64,000 nucleotides of DNA from Amoebophrya sp. A120 (lineage: Eukaryota > Protista > Dinoflagellata), in contig CAJINV010000028.1 of the NCBI GenBank assembly GCA_905178155.1, positions 231,235 through 295,234 on the forward strand, in the 5' to 3' direction. Shown here one piece after another: positions 58,974 to 64,000 of the stretch. Every line of letters begins with the position of its first letter. Position 1 is the stretch's first letter. The position numbers and the translations under genes were made by a program. The notes under the pieces are model-generated. The model was given only the letters and a program-made list of their open reading frames with translations, had not been told where the DNA came from and searched no databases.

Positions 58974-59768
58974 TTACTCTCCGGAAGGAACGGTGTGGGG
59001 TAGCTGTCCGAACTCATCAATGCACCAGTCGCCTCGCTCGATGAGGATGCATCCGTATTTGAGGAAACCTTCTGATCCGGCATCTTGTGGACGAACCTGC
59101 AGTTGTTTTTTTCTGGTTCTCATGGTTTTTGAACGGAAGACAAAATCCGGATGACAGCGCATGCACAAAAATGCAAAGGACACGTATGGAGAAGAAATCA
59201 GAAACAGAATTACATCCGCAATATTATACTCTTCCCACATCTCGTTCGTGATGTTGATGACCGTAGTTGTCTCCTCGCTCTACTTTTCCTGTCCTCTACC
59301 GCCTTTCGGCTTTTTGGCATTGCGGTAGATCTTCAAAAACCCCCTCTGGGATGCGTCGTCCAACGCCTTGTTTGCCTCCTCCTTCGTGATGCCATGTTCG
59401 AGTGCGATGGATTCCCACTTGGACTTTTCGATCATGATGCTCCCGGCAGCGAACACCGTCTCGTTGGCCCGCCCTTGCAAAATCTTCGTATGCAGTGCGA
59501 GTGAGCGACCCCCGAGATAGGCGGCACAAGTCCATCAACATGATATGTTTATTAGTAATGTAAAATTTCTGGCAGTGTTGATGATCCCAACGTAGTTCTG
59601 ACGAAGTGTAAAGCAATACGCACAGGTGGGGGCGGCTCGCAGTGGCACGCGAACGTGATCACCGATGGCAGGGACCAAAGAACCCTTCGTGAGGCCCGCC
59701 ACAGCAATGTCTTCTACCAAAGTGCCTCTACCTATCTTCCATATATTATACTGTAAGTATGAAATCAA
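58974..59768 (-). CDS. Possible hypothetical gene or pseudogene
   Basis: Protein-like short ORFs 59280-59480 (KWESIALEHGITKEEANKALDDASQRGFLKIY), 58974-59240 and 59535-59768; not joined. Confidence 0.3.
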
Positions 59769-60649
59769 TAGGGTGCTCGCTGCTTCAGGCGAGCGCCGAA
59801 CTGCTTAACATAATATCTATGATGTTCCTGCTTGTAAATAGCTGGTGAATAGTGTTTCAATATAGGTATCTAAATAAAATCAAAACAGGAACCTTAAAAC
59901 CCTTTGAACCCTCTAAACCCTTTCGGCTCCGGGTCGGAACAGGGGCGGAGAAGCGGGGGAAGAAACGCAGGACGCGGCACGGGAAAAGCCCGTTTCAGGT
60001 CCGAAGCTGGCGCGAAAAGATGCATGGTATGCAAATTCAAAGTGGAAAAGCAATGCCATAAAATAGGAATGATGAAGAAAAAAAAAAAAGAAGGACACCC
60101 TAGAAACTGATTCCCAACCCAAAAAAAAACTGCTTGGTGCCAGCAGGGCCCAGGGAAAGCAAAAAGGGAGCAGCAACAGGAGAAGATAGTAAGAGTGAGT
60201 AGAAAATCAGTCGTGTGCTCGCTTCTTCAGGCAAGCGAGTGACCGTCTAACGTACTATCTATATTCCTGAGTAAAAAATCAAAAAGCGCTGAGCAAAGAC
60301 AAAGACTTGTGCTCTGATCCGTATCTACAACTATAGCATCGTCTAGTAAAACACTCTATGACCTAAAAAGCGTCGATTAAAACATCACTCTATAAATATG
60401 TACGTATAAAAAAACACGAGACTGCTAGCAGAATGTCGTGCTCGAGAGTATCGTTTTCAACTATATAAACAAAGAGGGCGGGCCGGGGACAGGAACGGGC
60501 AAGGTAGCAAGGAATCGTGAGGAGAGGCGAAAGTGATGGAGCAGGCAAGCAATTCGATGTGACTCGATCCGATCGTCAGGGGCTTGTTGTGAACGTAGCT
60601 TTACACATTACACAGCAGCTCCCGTGAAGGTATAATATATCTTGCATTG

Positions 60650-63600
60650 ATATGCCATAAAGGGGCAGCGTACACTGTGCAAAAAATATTGTTCATGGCG
60701 GTCGCGGTACGACGAGCTTCCCGGACTAGAATAACTGTTCGAGGGGGGTCGCGCACTGCACTTTCTTACCGTTTCACACCGGTGCCGACTGGCTTCTTTT
60801 CGTCTTGTTCGACGAGCCATTTCTTATTGGCGGCTCGCGATTTCACAACCTGTTTTACTTATGTGCAATGCGAGTTGTAATCTGTGCGCAGCTGCATTGC
60901 GCGGCGCCAGTGCATATTCACTGCAACTATGTCTGGGTCTGGAAGAGCGCAGTTCTGTAATGCTTGTCTCGCATGAGTCTTGAAAATTTAATACGTGAGC
61001 ATCTTGTCTGTCATGCAACCACGCAGTTTGTCATGCGGAGAACGAAACACAAAGGAGCTCAGATACTTCTCAAGCATGGCAGTGTACTGCAGTCGCGCGC
61101 CCACCATTCACACACTAGCATCACAACTTTCCAGATCAAAACATATTTGCAATGCATGGTGCAATGAATGCGTGCCGCGTCAAACCAAATTAATACACAA
61201 CAAAGTCGCCGCGAAGTAATTTCATCAACGTCATCATTATCATCATCTTTGTGTTTATTGTCCTAGTCCTTGAAATTGTATTGTAAAGTTGTGGTCTTTT
61301 CTCATCTTTTTCTGACTGGCACTGGACGTACATTCGCAGAGATAAAAAAACGCCAAGAAGCCAAAGAGCGGCGCAAAGCCAAAAAGTACTCTGAGCATCG
61401 CCTGTAGATGGCCATCCGGACGGTGGCTGATGTCTGGTTTGCGGTCCTCCTTCACGTCGACTGGCAACCGGCCCTCCCGTTCCCTTTTTTGGTCCAGCAG
61501 GAGAGCGTCCCTTTTAGCATATCAAATGCAAATATGTCTGATTCTGGAAGGTTCTGAGACTTGTCACGCACGTTTTGCATGAGCCATGTATGATGTCTGT
61601 GGTGCATGCCCTAACATCACAGATTTTTGAGGGATTCGCAAGCGCGATGTTTATTCTGCATGACAAATGCTATGCCCTCTCCGCGTAGCAAAAATTATCT
61701 GCCCTTTGCTGCTCATGCAGTACAGACTTTTTTGGAATCCACAGGCAGCTGCAGCACCACAAGCTGCATTCTTCCAGACCCAGACATAGTTGCATTTCGT
61801 ATTGCGGTGGAGTAGACAATTCCGATGTCCAAGAGGAGGCGCTCCCGCGCTTCGATGCAGTTATGGAGTGCAAATATGTCTTGATCTGGAAGACTTGCGG
61901 TTTGTCATCCATGCACACTTTGCATCACCCGTGAATTGATTCTGTGATGCAGGTCCTAGCATCATAACTGTTTTTGCGGGCTTCTCGATGCCTATTACGC
62001 ATGAAAAATTCCCTCTCCGCGTAGCAAAAAGTACATTCCCTCTGCTGCTCATGCAATAGTACAGATTTCTTTCTCTTTGGAATCCAAGTGCAGCATTACA
62101 AGTTCTGTCTTCCAGAACCAGGCATATTTGCATTTGATAGCAGTCTCGGGTGTACGACGCCGCGGTGCCTGCCGCCGTTCGTTTATGCAACGAAAAAAGT
62201 GCTACAGTTACACACTTTGCTACAAGACATGTAAGACAGACGACCTCTGTCATGCGCAAAATGCTTGCGCGTCTCGTTTCGTGTGTGGTTTCCCTTGTGA
62301 TCTCTGCATGGCAAGTTTTCTCTTTCGTGATGCGAGGCAATTTTTTCTGCTGACTTCACTACAAGCGTGTAACTGTAGCACTTTTGTCCTTGGATATCGT
62401 TCGGCGTCGTGATAGTATTCGAGCGCCTCCGCGATGGCCGCCTTTTGATCCTTCACGACCAAACCCGTACACGGCATCGCACTGCAGTAGTGGTTAATAT
62501 TGATGATGATGTAATAGTAAAGCTCCAGAGGGGCGCCGCGCGCTTGTGCAGCTATCTGCCACGAGCCAATGCTGACTTCTGCTGCCCATGCACTTGCGCA
62601 AAACATTGCCACCCGAGGTTTCGAAACTGTGAAAACTCACCAAGAACGAAAAATGCGCCCAACCTAAAAAAATGGACTACTCTACTTCTATACCTAATCT
62701 GGAACGCCGAAGGAGCATGCGCCCCCAAAGTGCTCAGCGCTTCGGCCGCCGTGGGCCGTTTTCCGGGCGCACCATTTAAGGACGCCAGGACCACCTTCCG
62801 CATCCTCGACCCCGGTGCCTGGAGGATATCAAAAGGAAAAATCCCCCCTCCCCACATCGAAAAGGAAGTCTGTGATGCTGGATTTGCGTACACAAAACCA
62901 GCAGTTCGAGTATTGCAGTAGAGGACTGCACGCAAATCGCGAGCCTAGCTAGGCGCCTTTTAGTGTAGCCGCCTAGAATGGTAGTAGCCGGCTGCGTGCC
63001 CTGTCGTCCACCTTACAGCATTACAAATCGCCACCTGCATAACGTGGCGGACATCCTGCGTTTAGCTTCCTGCAAGACACGCGCGATTTGCGGTCACAAA
63101 TCTGCATCGAAAATCAATTTTGAGGCGTATGCGTTTTCAATATGGGAAGGGGGGATTTTTCCTTGCGATAGAGGAACTGGTTAATTTCCAACGCTTTCTC
63201 CCGTAGTTTATTCACTCGTTCTCCGGACCATCCCTTAACCTATACAGTGCAAATATGCCTGGGTGTGGAACGAAAACTGCAAGATTTGTCATGCTGGACA
63301 AGGATAGCTCGCAAGTTACTTACCCGTAGGCCACGCTTTGCTGCCATGCAGAAATGTTCTTAGTCATCATACTCCAGTAGATGCAACCGAGCTATTCGAA
63401 ACCTCGTCATGCTTGGCCGTCAATTGAGGCCTCCTCGTGATTGATCCATCAGTGTCGCGAGGAGGTTCCAGCTGCAGACATATTTGCATTGCATATGACG
63501 GCTAAATTATCCCGCGGCATGTTCGGGGACACGATCAACGCTTGCAGGGCGTTGGATTCCCGCTCAGCCTCCAGGAAGCGCATCGACCCCCACGCAGCGG

Positions 63601-64000
63601 CGGGCAGGACCTGCGGCCAGGTACGGTCTGCTTCCTTCGCGAGGAGATGATCTTTTCCCGCTGCGAGAAGAAGCAGTTCTAAGGCGACCAATCCACACAC
63701 GCCCACATCGTGTTTACGGAGGTCGATAAGTGTTGCTGGCTGAGCATTCATAGTTTTATTCAAAAGTGTACATTCACACTTTATTTACTTATTTTCTATA
63801 CATGACATCACATTGTTATTGATGAAAGTGAAACAAAAGCAGTGTTCGTGAGGAAAAAAAAACGAAAACCGGATAGAGGAGAAAAACATAAAAATAAACT
63901 CACCCCGCCGGCCTTCAACGCGTTCCATAAACTCTTGGCGTAGTCGTCCTTTGTCAGCAGTTTCAACATATGGCCAGCTCAAGCGGGACAACCGCACGGC
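60650..64000 (-). CDS. 3' part of a divergent protein-kinase-like gene with 6 introners; continues beyond the window; 3' end approximate
   Basis: KHDVGVCGLVALELL (subdomain IX-like) and APGKRPTAAEAL (XI-like); junctions AVKGWSGE, NQFLQAPG, AERTAAG, RDCIEARE, STAKRDAL in frame. Confidence 0.7.
60915..61158. mobile_element. Introner family A
   Basis: A TIRs; TSD gtgca/gtgca. Confidence 0.9.
61520..61801. mobile_element. Introner family A
   Basis: A TIRs; TSD tagca/ttgcg. Confidence 0.9.
61862..62139. mobile_element. Introner family A
   Basis: A TIRs; TSD gcagt/gcagt. Confidence 0.9.
62184..62396. mobile_element. Introner family E
   Basis: TATGCAACGAAAAAAGTGCTACAGTTAC...GTAACTGTAGCACTTTTGTCCTTGGATA; TSD tcgtt/tcgtt. 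Confidence 0.9.
62827..63170. mobile_element. Introner family C
   Basis: C TIRs; TSD gagga/gagga. Confidence 0.95.
63241..63495. mobile_element. Introner family A (degenerate)
   Basis: TATACAGTGCAAATATGCCTGG...CAGACATATTTGCATTGCATA; TSD taacc/tgacg. Confidence 0.8.

Noticed and set aside
59895-59925. Telomeric repeat tract
   Set aside because: Only about three degenerate aaaccct units, interstitial

Overview
Eukaryotic protist DNA, most consistent with the syndinian dinoflagellate parasite Amoebophrya (inferred from gene and intron architecture, not from a database match). All recognisable genes lie on the minus strand: two low-complexity/coiled-coil genes, a lambda-integrase-like tyrosine recombinase with altered catalytic residues, a RING protein, an RS-rich multi-KH protein, a double-PC4 protein, a large internally duplicated Lys/Ser/Ala-rich gene, two protein kinases and several hypotheticals. 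The dominant feature is about 63 MITE-like 'introner' insertions of 120-600 bp in roughly 10 terminal-inverted-repeat (TIR) families. Nearly all have TAY...RTA ends, most are flanked by a 5-bp direct repeat (TSD), and all families share an internal GCAT(G/C/T)AC motif. At more than 45 junctions translated by hand, removing the element plus 5 nt rejoins the reading frame, in either element orientation and usually without GT-AG ends. Also present: a 120-bp hairpin satellite and an ApT-depleted intergenic block. Coordinates were read by eye and may be off by a few bases. Splicing is inferred; no RNA data were available.
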